Positions 9,752 through 20,904 of a stretch of 58,133 nt of DNA are shown here, in pieces (position 1 is the first letter of the stretch; every line of letters starts with the position of its first letter). The stretch lies in NCBI GenBank assembly GCA_964626665.1, contig CAZVGK010000020.1, positions 1 to 58,133 on the forward strand, given 5' to 3'. The notes under the pieces were generated by a model. It ran no database searches, was not told the origin of the DNA, and saw nothing but the letters and a program-made list of their open reading frames with translations. This DNA is from an uncultured Gemmatimonadota bacterium. GTDB taxonomy: Bacteria; SM23-81; DAOVCL01. Position numbers and translations under genes: made by a program.

Positions 9752-11110
9752 GTGGAAAGCAATAAGATATTTTTAGATGAAGGGGAGTTGCCCAAGAGCT
9801 GGTATAATATTCAGGCAGATCTACCTCAGCCTCTGGAACCGCCCTTAAACCCCAAGACGGGTAAGCCCATAGCCCCTGAGGATCTGGCGCCCATCTTCCC
9901 TCAGGAGCTTATCAAGCAGGAGGTCTCCACCGAAAGGTGGATTGAGATCCCGGAAACCGTCTTAGATGTGTACAGGCTTTGGCGGCCCACCCCCCTGCAC
10001 CGGGCCAGGAGGCTGGAGAAGGCCCTGGGGACGCCAGCCAGGATCTACTACAAGAATGAGTCGGTGAGCCCTCCAGGGTCTCACAAGCCCAACACCGCAG
10101 TGGCCCAGGCTTACTATAATATGAAGGAAGGGGTCAGGAGGTTAGTCACCGAGACTGGGGCCGGACAATGGGGTTCTGCTTTGGCCTTTGCCACCAATCT
10201 TTTTGGCCTGGAATGTCAGGTGTATATGGTAAAGATCAGCTATGAGCAGAAGCCTTATCGCAAATCCCTGATTCATGTCTGGGGGGCGGATGTAGTGGCC
10301 TCTCCCAGCTTGAGAACCCAGGCAGGGAGGAAGATACTGGAGAAGGATCCCAACTCCTTAGGCAGCTTGGGGATTGCCATCAGCGAGGCGGTGGAAGATG
10401 CGGCTACCCATGAGGATAGCAAATACTGCTTGGGCAGCGTCCTCAACCATGTCCTTCTCCATCAGACCATAGTTGGCTTAGAGACTAAACTACAGATGGA
10501 GAAGGTAGGTGACTATCCGGATCTGCTTATAGGCTGTGTGGGAGGGGGCAGCAACTTCTCCGGATTTGCCTTTCCCTTTGTTAGGGATAAGCTCACCGGG
10601 GGAAAGCCGGACTTAAGGGTTGTTGCCGTCGAGCCCACTGCCTGTCCTACCCTGACCAAGGGCCCTTACAGATACGATTTTGGGGATACGGCGGAGCTCA
10701 CCCCACTTTTGAAGATGTTCACCTTGGGCCATAGCTTCGTTCCCCCAGGCATCCATGCCGGAGGGCTGAGATACCATGGGGATGCCCCGCTGCTCTGCCT
10801 TTTGGTCGATCAGAAAGTGATCGAGGCCAGGGCCTATCCGCAGAATGCGGCCTTTGAATCCGCCCTCCTCTTTGCCCGCTCGGAGGGGATTGTCCCCGCC
10901 CCGGAGACGGCCCATGCCATCAAGGCCGTGGTGGATGAGGCCCGTAGATGTAAGGAAGAGGGGAAGGAAGAGGTTATAGTCTTTAACTATAGTGGCCATG
11001 GCCACTTTGACTTGGCCGCCTATGACGCCTACTTAGGGGGAGAGCTGCAGGACTTTGCCTACCCTAAGGAGGAGATAGAAAAGGCCCTCTCCACCCTGCC
11101 GGAGATGTGA
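9752..11110 (+). CDS. trpB2: TrpB2-type tryptophan synthase beta chain (TrpB-like PLP enzyme)
   Basis: [16 protein letters not shown] (PLP Lys), [32 protein letters not shown]; no trpA adjacent. Confidence 0.93.
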   Translation: MESNKIFLDEGELPKSWYNIQADLPQPLEPPLNPKTGKPIAPEDLAPIFPQELIKQEVSTERWIEIPETVLDVYRLWRPTPLHRARRLEKALGTPARIYYKNESVSPPGSHKPNTAVAQAYYNMKEGVRRLVTETGAGQWGSALAFATNLFGLECQVYMVKISYEQKPYRKSLIHVWGADVVASPSLRTQAGRKILEKDPNSLGSLGIAISEAVEDAATHEDSKYCLGSVLNHVLLHQTIVGLETKLQMEKVGDYPDLLIGCVGGGSNFSGFAFPFVRDKLTGGKPDLRVVAVEPTACPTLTKGPYRYDFGDTAELTPLLKMFTLGHSFVPPGIHAGGLRYHGDAPLLCLLVDQKVIEARAYPQNAAFESALLFARSEGIVPAPETAHAIKAVVDEARRCKEEGKEEVIVFNYSGHGHFDLAAYDAYLGGELQDFAYPKEEIEKALSTLPEM

Positions 11111-11388
11111 GGATACCTTGTGCGGTCAGAGTCCTGCCCCAAAAAGATTGGAAAATTGAAATCCCCGAGCCGTCAGAACCCTGATTCTGACGGCTAAAGG
11201 GATAACATTTGCAAGGAGCAGGGGTTGTGTAGCTTTGTGGGAGAGGTCTCCAGAGACCTCGATTATTGACATCGGGAGATGTCTCCCACATCCCAGCTTC
11301 TTGTGGGTTGAGATTGGGACAGCGGTCATAGCCGAGATAATCAAGCAGACTGGCCTAACAGGTTGGAAAAGATCAGACAACGAACGAC

Positions 11389-12561
11389 ATGCGGGAGATA
11401 AAGACAAAAAAGCTATTTTTAAAAGTAGTAATTTCTATTTGTGCCTTAGCCATATTATTATTGGTAACTATGATGGCTGTCAACCTCGTCTTCCATCCTC
11501 AACAGACTGGCTCTGTAAAAAAATTGGAAGTGTCCTTCAAGGGCATTGGGATGGAATTCTATCACCCTCAGGATCACTTTGATGGACTCCCAGGCTCTTC
11601 TAACCTGAGGGTGAAAGAAGCCTTTGAAAAAGGGGTAAATCTCAAAGAGAAGTTTGAGTTCTCAGCGGCAATCAAGGAATTTGAGAAGGCTCTTACTTTC
11701 CAACCAACAGATGAAGAGAAGGGGGCATTGTTTATCCTCATCGGTAATTGCCTCTGTAGCCAGAGTAAATTCGATGAAGCTAATGACTATTATCAAAAAG
11801 GTATGGTTTTAACCAGGAAGATAGGTGACTGGGCAGGCCTAGCCACCATTTATAACGGTATTGGATTGATTCACGATGCCAAGGGCGACTACCCGAGCGC
11901 ACTGAAGTGGTATGAGAAGAGCCTGAAGATAACAGAAGAGACAGGCGACCAAGCAGCTATTGCCACCACTTACAAGGGCATTGGGAATGTTTACTATACC
12001 AAGGGCGACTACCCGAGGGCACTGAGATGGTATGAGAAGAGCCTGAAGATAACAGAAGAGATAGGCGACCAAGCTGGGTTGGCGGCCGCTTATGGCAATA
12101 TTGGGTTGATTCACGTTGCCAAGGGCGACTACTCGGAGGCACTCAAGTGGCATGAGAAGAGCCTGAAGATAGAGGAAGAAATAGGCGACCGAGCAGGCCT
12201 GGCCAGCAGTTACAACAACATAGGTAGGATTCACGGTGCCCAGGGGAACTATCAGGAAGCACTCAAGTGGTTTCAAAAGAGCCTAATGATCACAGAGGAG
12301 ATAGGCTATCAACATTGGATGGCCATCACTTACAACGGCATTGGGAATGTTCACTATGCCCAAGGCAACTACTCAGAGGCACTTGAGTGGTACAAAAAGA
12401 GTCTCAAGATCCTTAGGCAGACAGGCAATAAATATGAACTGGCATGGGTTCTTAAAAACATCAGCCCTCTCTACAAAAAAATGGGTGAACAAGAAAAAGC
12501 AAAAAAGAGTCTTCAAGAGAGCCAAAGGCTTTTTAAAGAACTGGGGTTGGAGAAAGAGTAA
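11389..12561 (+). CDS. Membrane-anchored tetratricopeptide repeat protein (40-aa repeats)
   Basis: N-terminal hydrophobic helix; repeats A..YNNIG.IH.AKGDY..ALKWYEKSLKI.EEIGD with a 120-nt period. Confidence 0.9.
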   Translation: MREIKTKKLFLKVVISICALAILLLVTMMAVNLVFHPQQTGSVKKLEVSFKGIGMEFYHPQDHFDGLPGSSNLRVKEAFEKGVNLKEKFEFSAAIKEFEKALTFQPTDEEKGALFILIGNCLCSQSKFDEANDYYQKGMVLTRKIGDWAGLATIYNGIGLIHDAKGDYPSALKWYEKSLKITEETGDQAAIATTYKGIGNVYYTKGDYPRALRWYEKSLKITEEIGDQAGLAAAYGNIGLIHVAKGDYSEALKWHEKSLKIEEEIGDRAGLASSYNNIGRIHGAQGNYQEALKWFQKSLMITEEIGYQHWMAITYNGIGNVHYAQGNYSEALEWYKKSLKILRQTGNKYELAWVLKNISPLYKKMGEQEKAKKSLQESQRLFKELGLEKE

Positions 12562-12676
12562 CAGTAATCAGTTGTCGGTTGCCAGTTGTCAGGGAGTTAC
12601 TCTGACCCCCTTGAATTGTTGAATGTGCTATCAGGGCTCTGCCCTAATGGAAAAGAGCTTGATAGTAGTTTATGAA

Positions 12677-12929
12677 CCCCAATTATGCATTACGGTAGGC
12701 AATCCATTACTTCAAATTTGCAAGTTTTGTAAAAACTCCTGGATAAACTTGGATTGGAAGAGTTCATATACACCAAGAGTGAGAGTATGTAGGGGTCGCA
12801 TTTATGCGACCCGAACCTTGCGGGCTTGATAAATCAAGCCCCTACAAGGGACAAAAAGATATTGTTGCATCGAACTGGCGGAAACCAGGATTATCATAGT
12901 GATCTTCGGTGTTTAATGCATAATCTGGG
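12677..12929. mobile_element. 253-bp MITE with CCC-starting inverted ends and 5-bp TSD, carrying an internal GTAG-type REP doublet
   Basis: Left end CCCCAATTATGCATTA; right end reverse complement CCCAGATTATGCATTA; ATGAA at 12672-12676 and 12930-12934; internal GTAGGGGTCGCATTTATGCGACCC...GGGCTTGATAAATCAAGCCCCTAC. Confidence 0.75.
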
Positions 12930-12979
12930 ATGAATAGATTGGTTTAAAGTAAGTTTGCTCTAAGTGCTGGAAGAGATAA

Positions 12980-14293
<1,314 letters not shown>

Positions 14294-14485
14294 AATGCCT
14301 TTCTGGACGCAGATAGACGCAGATTGTCCAGGATAATTTTTGTAAATCCTTTAAGACTGAAAATGGTAATTTAAACCTCCCGCAGGTTCCAACCTGTGGG
14401 AGGTTACAGGGCCCAAAATCTTGAAGTCTGCGTTAATCTGCGTCCCATAGAGCGTTAAGTTCAACAGAGGGGGATAGAGCCTTTT

Positions 14486-14821
14486 ATGGGTTCCAAAGCA
14501 AAGGAGAATTATCTCAGGGGGAGGAGACCTCCCCTCTTCTTCCCCAGGAGGCTGAAGTTCCTCTTGTTTCTCCTGGGGATTTCCCTTCTTTCTTACATCT
14601 ACATAGGGGGCGACTATGGATTTCTGCAGATTTTCTCCCTCCGTTCACAGGTGCAAACCTTGCAGAGGGGGATCAAAAGGAATGTGGTGAGGGAGGCAGA
14701 TCTATCCAGGAAGATAGAGCTGATGAGCCAGGATAGCGCCTTTATGAGGAGGTATATCCGGGAGGAGATGGGAATGACCAAGAAAAGGGAGAGGCTCTAT
14801 TGGTTTAAGGAGGCCAGGTGA
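14486..14821 (+). CDS. ftsB: Septum formation initiator (FtsB/DivIC family)
   Basis: TM helix, GDYG, coiled coil, REEMGM motif; conserved position after eno. Confidence 0.75.
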   Translation: MGSKAKENYLRGRRPPLFFPRRLKFLLFLLGISLLSYIYIGGDYGFLQIFSLRSQVQTLQRGIKRNVVREADLSRKIELMSQDSAFMRRYIREEMGMTKKRERLYWFKEAR

Positions 14822-15453
14822 GTTCTAAGGATCACAAATTTTGGAAGAGGCTGAGAAATCGCTTCATAGCTGGATTGGTAATCCTTACCCCAGTGGTGGT
14901 GACCGTCTATGTTTTCATCATCCTCTTCCTCAAGGTAGATAGCCTCTTGGCCCCCCTTATCTACAGGTTTGTTGGATGGGAGATCCCGGGGATGGGTTTT
15001 CTGGCCATTCTTCTCTTAATTTTTCTCACAGGTCTGATTGCCAGAAACTACCTGGGCCGCAAGCTGATCGGCATTGGAGAGAAGATAATGACCAAGATTC
15101 CCCTTATTAATCGCATCTATGTGGCTCTGCAGCAGATTAGCCAGACATTTCTGGCCCAAAAGAGGTCCATCTTCAAGGAGGCAGTTTTAATAGAATACCC
15201 CCGGAAAGGGCTTTATGCTATCGGCTTTGTCACCTCTTATATGGAGGAGGGACGGATGTTGGGCATCTTCATCCCCACTACCCCTAATCCCACCTCAGGT
15301 TTTCTCCTGTTTCTCCCGCGGGAGGAGGCCATCCCCCTGCGGATGAAGGTGGAAGATGCCCTTAAACTGGTCATATCCGGGGGGGCTGTCGCCCCCGAGG
15401 GAAAGCTATGGGATTTGCGGGGGGGAGGTGTCCCCCCAGGAGCCAAGGAGTGA
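14818..15453 (+). CDS. DUF502 family membrane protein
   Basis: Two TM helices, KIPLINRIY, VLIEYPRKG, FIPTTPNPTSGF. Confidence 0.92.
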   Translation: MSSKDHKFWKRLRNRFIAGLVILTPVVVTVYVFIILFLKVDSLLAPLIYRFVGWEIPGMGFLAILLLIFLTGLIARNYLGRKLIGIGEKIMTKIPLINRIYVALQQISQTFLAQKRSIFKEAVLIEYPRKGLYAIGFVTSYMEEGRMLGIFIPTTPNPTSGFLLFLPREEAIPLRMKVEDALKLVISGGAVAPEGKLWDLRGGGVPPGAKE

Positions 15454-16790
15454 ATCGGACGGCGGAGGATATAGAGAAAAGGGTGGCCAAGGGGGATAAG
15501 AGGTGGCTGACTAAGTTTTTCTCCAGCAGCCATCCGGCGGATATAGCCATTATTCTGGATCGCGCTGATGACCCCGATAAGGCTTGGCTATTCTCCCTGT
15601 TGAGCAGGGGAAAAGCTGCCGATGTCCTGGCTGAGATCGGGGAGGAGACCGCCAGAAAGATCCTCAAGGGGATTGAGGTGAAAAAGCTCTCTGGGATTGT
15701 CGCCGAGCTGGAGTCAGATGAGGCAGCGGATATCATCGGTGAGCTCTCCCTCGCCAAGAGGGAAAAGGTCCTCCGTAAGGTAAGCCCAGAACAGCGCGTG
15801 GAGATCAAACAGCTTCTCAGGTATGGGGAGGAGACAGCCGGGGGGATAATGGCCACAGAATATGTGGCCGTCAACGAACAGGTTACAGCAGACGAGGCCA
15901 TCGAGGAGATCAGGGCCCAGGCCGATGAGGTTGCGGAGATTTACAATGTTTATGTTATGGATAAAGATGGTAGTTTGGTAGGCCATTTCCCCCTAAAGAA
16001 ACTTTTCCTGAGCAGTGGCCAGACCAAGGTCTCCCAGATTATTGAGCCTGAAGTTGTCAAGATAACCACGGATATGGATCAAGAGAAGGTGGCCAACATA
16101 TTCTCCAAGTATGACTTAGTGGCTGTGCCTGTGGTGGATGAGAGAGGAAAGCTTGTGGGACGAATCACGGTGGATGATGTGCTCGATGTGATGGAGGAGG
16201 AGTTTACCGAGGATATGTACAAGATGGCCGGTTCAGATGGAGAGGAACTCCTGATGAGCTCACCCTTCAAGGTGGCCAGAATAAGGCTTCCCTGGTTGTC
16301 TATCTGCCTTTTTGGCGAGATGATCTCCGCTGGGGTAATTGGCTACTTCTCCGGCACCTTGAGGCAGGTTATTGCCCTGGCTGCCTTTATTCCGGTGATT
16401 ATGGCTATGGGAGGAAACATAGGCATTCAATCATCGACCATCACGGTGAGAGGGATTGCTACCGGGCGCCTTGATCTCTCTCATCGCAGGAAACTTCTGT
16501 TCCGGGAGATCCAAATAGGGGCCCTGATGGGAGTTACCTGTGGGGCAATTGTTGGATTATTGGCAGCACTTAGGTATACTGAATATACCCTGGCCTTGGT
16601 TGTGGGCACGGCGATGTTCTCTGCCATCACCGTTTCAGCGACCATTGGACTATTCATCCCCCTTGCTTTTAGGTACCTGAAAATCGATCCGGCGGTGGCC
16701 GCCGGCCCCTTTATCACCACTGTAAACGATATAGTGGGTTTGGGCATATACTTTTTCTTGGCCACCCTTATGTTGGGTTGGTTAACCTGA
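15450..16790 (+). CDS. mgtE: Magnesium transporter MgtE
   Basis: HPADIA, ETAGGIM, CBS pair, RLPWL, MGGNIG.Q, DPAVAAGPFITT.ND. Start placed at GTG 15450, overlapping the DUF502 stop. Confidence 0.95.
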   Translation: MNRTAEDIEKRVAKGDKRWLTKFFSSSHPADIAIILDRADDPDKAWLFSLLSRGKAADVLAEIGEETARKILKGIEVKKLSGIVAELESDEAADIIGELSLAKREKVLRKVSPEQRVEIKQLLRYGEETAGGIMATEYVAVNEQVTADEAIEEIRAQADEVAEIYNVYVMDKDGSLVGHFPLKKLFLSSGQTKVSQIIEPEVVKITTDMDQEKVANIFSKYDLVAVPVVDERGKLVGRITVDDVLDVMEEEFTEDMYKMAGSDGEELLMSSPFKVARIRLPWLSICLFGEMISAGVIGYFSGTLRQVIALAAFIPVIMAMGGNIGIQSSTITVRGIATGRLDLSHRRKLLFREIQIGALMGVTCGAIVGLLAALRYTEYTLALVVGTAMFSAITVSATIGLFIPLAFRYLKIDPAVAAGPFITTVNDIVGLGIYFFLATLMLGWLT

Positions 16791-16824
16791 GGGAAGAGCG
16801 AAATTGGAAAATTGAAACTCTCGA

Positions 16825-17180
16825 GCCGTCAGAACCCTGATTCTGACGGCCAAAGGAGGGAATGGCAGAATCGGGGTTCTGCCACCTACTTTTGACAGAT
16901 TACACCGATTGAACACGAATGACACAAATGGACGAATCTACACGAATAGATAGTTGTATAAACACACTCTTTACATTTCTACCCGGCTTGAGCCGGGGTA
17001 GATAGGGCTTTAGCCCTGTTCGTAAATGGCGGACAGACCTGAAGGTCTGTCCCTACAGAATGATGGGAAGCCCCCTGAATAGCGGATTCGTCATCAGTTT
17101 ATGAATAATTCGGAATAGATCCCCTGGTCTGACAGAGCAGAGCGGGGCCTGCCACAGGAGGAGCGTCAGACCTGGGGGCT
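16825..17180. repeat. REP doublet plus further palindromes
   Basis: GCCGTCAGAACCCTGATTCTGACGGC (16825-16850), TGGCAGAATCGGGGTTCTGCCA (16863-16884), TACCCGGCTTGAGCCGGGGTA, GGACAGACCTGAAGGTCTGTCC. Confidence 0.8.
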
Positions 17181-17264
17181 TGATACCTCTGCGAGTAGTT
17201 TGGAGGCGCTAAAATAAGACGCATCACCCAAAACTCATAACTCATAACTTTCTATTAACTTTCT

Positions 17265-18047
17265 ATGCCGCTCTCTAAGGCTGAGGGATTGGTTCTCGGC
17301 GGGATTAAGTTTGGAGAGACCAGTAAAATTATCACCCTATACACTAAGGAGTTGGGTAAGCTGACACTTATGGTCAAGGGGGCCAGAAATCCCCGCCGGC
17401 GATTGGCCTCAACTTTGCAGTTTCTCTCTCATATAGGGGTTGTCATCTACCTTAAGGAAGGTAGAGGGCTGCAGTTTCTCTCTCAGGCTCATCTCATCAA
17501 CCCATTTTGGGAGATAAAGGGTGATTTGGATCGGTTTTGCGCGGCCAGTGCCGGAGCGGAGTTTGTCTCTCGGCTGCAGATAGGCCAAGAGACACATCCC
17601 GATCTCTTTGTGCTTTTGATGGATTTTTTGAGATTGGTGGGAGAGGTCAACTATCAAGGCCTTAAACCTCTTCTTGTCTCCTTTCTGCTTCAGGCATCTC
17701 AGCTTTTGGGTTATGGCCCCTCCCTCTCTCGGTGTATCCACTGTAAAAGGAAGATTCTCGATGGGGAGGAAGGGGGCCTTCTCTTCAGCCCAGAGGGTGG
17801 GGGAGTGGTTTGCCGGAAGTGTGCTCAGAGGAATGGATATTATCTTAAACCATCTATGGATTTAGTCAAGACCTTAAAAGCCCTCTCCTCTGGCCTGGAG
17901 GAGGCCATGGAAGCCGCTAGCCACCAATTTGATTTTAATTCCGCCTATAAGCTCCTTAGCCCCTTCTGGGAATTCTATGCCCCCGGCTATCGGAGTTTGC
18001 AATCCTTAAAGGTCTGGCAGGAGCTGAAGGGAACTGAGGCAAGTTAA
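17265..18047 (+). CDS. recO: DNA repair protein RecO
   Basis: N-terminal OB fold (GETSKIITLYT..GK....KGAR); zinc motif CIHC...FSPEGGGVVCRKC. Confidence 0.93.
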   Translation: MPLSKAEGLVLGGIKFGETSKIITLYTKELGKLTLMVKGARNPRRRLASTLQFLSHIGVVIYLKEGRGLQFLSQAHLINPFWEIKGDLDRFCAASAGAEFVSRLQIGQETHPDLFVLLMDFLRLVGEVNYQGLKPLLVSFLLQASQLLGYGPSLSRCIHCKRKILDGEEGGLLFSPEGGGVVCRKCAQRNGYYLKPSMDLVKTLKALSSGLEEAMEAASHQFDFNSAYKLLSPFWEFYAPGYRSLQSLKVWQELKGTEAS

Positions 18048-18258
18048 AATTACCAATTAAAAAGCCATTACCTTTCATTTTTACTAGCCGTCAGAACCCC
18101 GATTCTGACGGCCAGGGGCGGTGGCAGAATTGGGATTCTACCACCTCGTTGCTGTGATCGGTAGTGAGCTTTGGCTTAGTGCTGGAACGAGGCGGTGGAC
18201 TTTTCATTTTAACTTGTTAATTGCTAATTGTTAATTGGTCATTACGAAAGGAGATGGT

Positions 18259-19551
18259 ATGCCCATAGATGATTTGATGGAAAAGCTTGTCTCCCTCTGC
18301 AAAAGGAGGGGTTTTATCTTTCAGTCCAGTGAAATATATGGAGGAATTAACAGTTGCTGGGACTATGGCCCCTTAGGGGTGGAGCTGAAGAGGAATATAA
18401 AGCAAGACTGGTGGAGGAGGATGGTGCAGTTGAGGGCGGATATAGAGGGAATCGACGCCAGTATCCTGATGCACCCAGATGTCTGGAGATCCTCCGGACA
18501 TGTAGAGAGCTTTACCGATCCGTTGGTGGACTGCAAGAAATGCAAGCGGAGGTTCAAGGCAGACGAGATAGAGGGGAATAAATGTCCGGTTTGTGGGGGG
18601 GAACTAACCCCGGTTCGCCAGTTTAACCTAATGTTTAAGACATTTATGGGCCCATTGGAGGAGGAGGCATCTGTCGTCTACCTGAGGCCGGAGACCGCGC
18701 AGGGGATATATGTAAATTTCTTAAATGTTCTCAACCCCTCCCGGCAGAAACTTCCCTTTGGCATTGCCCAGATAGGCAAGGCATTCAGGAATGAGATAAC
18801 CCCCAGCAATTTTATCTTCCGCACTCGGGAATTTGAGCAGATGGAGATGCAGTATTTTGTCCCGCCTCAGGAGGATGAGAAGTGGTTGGAGTATTGGAGG
18901 GAGCAAAGGATAAAGTGGTATGCAAGTATGGGAATAAAAGAGGAAAACCTCAGATTCCATCAGCATATCCCCGAGGAGCTTCCCCATTACGCCAAAAAGG
19001 CCTATGACATCCAGTACAATTTTCCCTTTGGCTGGAAGGAGTTGGAGGGAGTCCACGATCGCACAGATTATGATCTCTCTCGCCACAGCAAATATTCGGG
19101 TAAAAAGTTAAGCTATTATGATGAGGGAACGAAGAGCCATTACATCCCCTACATAATAGAGACCTCGGCCGGTGTGGACAGGACCCTCTTAACCATTCTC
19201 GTTGATGCCTATGATGAGGAACCGGAAAGGGTTGTCCTCCGACTCCATCCCCGGGTAGCACCCATTAAAGCAGCCATTTTCCCTCTGGTTAAAAGGGATG
19301 GGATGCCTGAAAAAGCCAGGAGTATCGAGGAAATGCTTCGTCCCCATTTCAATATCTTTTACGATGAAGCGGGAGCCATAGGAAGGAGATACCGTCGCCA
19401 GGATGAGGCCGGCACCCCCTTTGGGATTACCGTTGACTCCCAGACTATGGAAGATGATACAGTGACCCTCAGGGAGAGAGATAGTATGGAACAGGTGAGG
19501 GTAAAGATTGGTGATCTCGCATCGGAGATAAAAAGGAGAGTGGAGGTTTGA
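18259..19551 (+). CDS. glyQS: Glycine--tRNA ligase, alpha2 (GlyQS/eukaryote-archaea type)
   Basis: LCKRRGFIFQSSEIYGG, YLRPETAQG, FRNEITP, FRTREFEQME, IGRRYRRQDEAGTP. ATG 18259 follows AAGGAG. Confidence 0.97.
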   Translation: MPIDDLMEKLVSLCKRRGFIFQSSEIYGGINSCWDYGPLGVELKRNIKQDWWRRMVQLRADIEGIDASILMHPDVWRSSGHVESFTDPLVDCKKCKRRFKADEIEGNKCPVCGGELTPVRQFNLMFKTFMGPLEEEASVVYLRPETAQGIYVNFLNVLNPSRQKLPFGIAQIGKAFRNEITPSNFIFRTREFEQMEMQYFVPPQEDEKWLEYWREQRIKWYASMGIKEENLRFHQHIPEELPHYAKKAYDIQYNFPFGWKELEGVHDRTDYDLSRHSKYSGKKLSYYDEGTKSHYIPYIIETSAGVDRTLLTILVDAYDEEPERVVLRLHPRVAPIKAAIFPLVKRDGMPEKARSIEEMLRPHFNIFYDEAGAIGRRYRRQDEAGTPFGITVDSQTMEDDTVTLRERDSMEQVRVKIGDLASEIKRRVEV

Positions 19552-19715
19552 GGGGTTTTTCAAAGGGCCTCACCTGAGCCGTCAGAATCCCGATTCTGAC
19601 GGCAGTCTCTATCCTCTTTCCGTGCTACTCCGTGTGTATCCGTGGTGGGTCTTCTGTTTTAAACTTTGCGTCCTTTGCGACTCTGCGGTGAATTATTTTA
19701 TCTGAAAAAAAAACC

Positions 19716-19744
19716 TTGACAGGGTTAAAGAGATTTGTTAAAAT
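19716..19744 (+). promoter_or_regulatory. Sigma70-type promoter
   Basis: TTGACA-17 bp-TAAAAT preceded by an A9 tract. Confidence 0.65.
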
Positions 19745-19911
19745 TGGTTTAATTTTAAACCTAACAGAGTTTGTAAGGAAATTTTTTCCGCCATCAGGGG
19801 TGAAATGAGTGCAAAAATTCCCCCCAGATAAGGAGAAATAGGAAAGGCGATTGAGGACGCAACCTTAATAATAAAAAGGGATTAGGAGGATTATTTTCCA
19901 AATCATCTCCT

Positions 19912-19926
19912 TGGCATACAATTTGC
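19912..19926 (+). promoter_or_regulatory. Sigma54-type -24/-12 promoter
   Basis: TGGCATACAATTTGC matches TGGCAC-N5-TTGC with exact GG-N10-GC spacing. Confidence 0.55.
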
Positions 19927-19971
19927 CAATAGATGAATCACTGCAAGTAGGATAAAACTTTTAAAAAAAGC

Positions 19972-20001
19972 TTGACAGCCAAGCCTAATTAGTGCTATTC
20001 T
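19972..20001 (+). promoter_or_regulatory. Second sigma70-type promoter
   Basis: TTGACA-18 bp-TATTCT with an extended -10 TG and an upstream A tract. Confidence 0.5.
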
Positions 20002-20904
20002 CTGTTTTTGAAAAAAAGTTCTAAAGTTTAGTTACCATTCTGCCGAATAGAAGTTTGTTGAATTTAAGAAGAGAAAGGGCCATCAGCGACCTCCCTACCA
20101 AGAGACCGTCGCCGATAGCCCCCCTGCATACAAAAAGGTGCGGTCTTTTTGTAAGCATCCTAAATATAACCACAGACCCTGCAGAAGTCAAGGCATTTTT
20201 GGGATCAAGAAAAGGCCAATCTGTCCAAAAGTGGAACAGCTCTTTCAAATCAACCACAGATTACCACAGAGCGTCACGGAATTATAAAACAGCAATTATG
20301 AATTGAGAATTAAGAATCCACCGAACCGTCAGAACCTCGATTCTGACGGCAAAAGGAGGTGGTGGCAGGCCTGGCATTTTAACTTGCTAATTGATCATTG
20401 CTAATTGCTAATTTTCTTCTCCTTTTCTGTGCCAGTCCGTGGTGATCAGTGGTAAGGGCCCCTTGAAATTCTTGAGCCGTCAGATGCCCTAATTTGTGGG
20501 GGAGGTCTCCTGACCTCGATTTCTACCGCACTTTAGTGCAGGGTGCTATGTGGGTGTTCCTGTCCTGACGGATGGCGGTCTTTGACATCAAAGCCATAAA
20601 CCTCCCGCAGGTTCGGAACCTGCGGGAGGTTACGTCCCCTGATCTGACCGTAGCAGAATCGGGGTTCTGCCACCTCAGGTGAAAGGAACAAAGGAGGTGA
20701 GGACTGAGAGAAATTTGGACTTAATATCTTAATTTAAACCACAGACTTTTCTGCAATGCAAAAAGGAGGTGATAGCCAACCAAACCAAGCGGAGGCCCGT
20801 AGAGAGGGAAAGTTTTCAACCTTAATTTAAGGAGGAGAAAGATGATGCCCAAACTGTTTCATTATCAGGAGTTAAACCTTAACAACCCAGAAAGGGGGAA
20901 CAAG

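Noticed and set aside
11820-12420. Regular repeats as a CRISPR array or DGR template/variable pair
   Set aside because: They are coding 120-nt TPR units without unique spacers, differences are not adenine-specific, and there is no cas or reverse transcriptase gene.
18050-18258. T-box leader before glyQS
   Set aside because: No T-box consensus or terminator; the region is a REP doublet plus short AT-rich repeats.
19830-19870. c-di-GMP-I riboswitch-like GAAA...GGACGCAA
   Set aside because: The required P1/P2 pairing and GCAAAC context are absent.
20021-20306. ORFs 20055-20306 (+) and 20021-20257 (-)
   Set aside because: No RBS or recognisable family; they run into repeat DNA.
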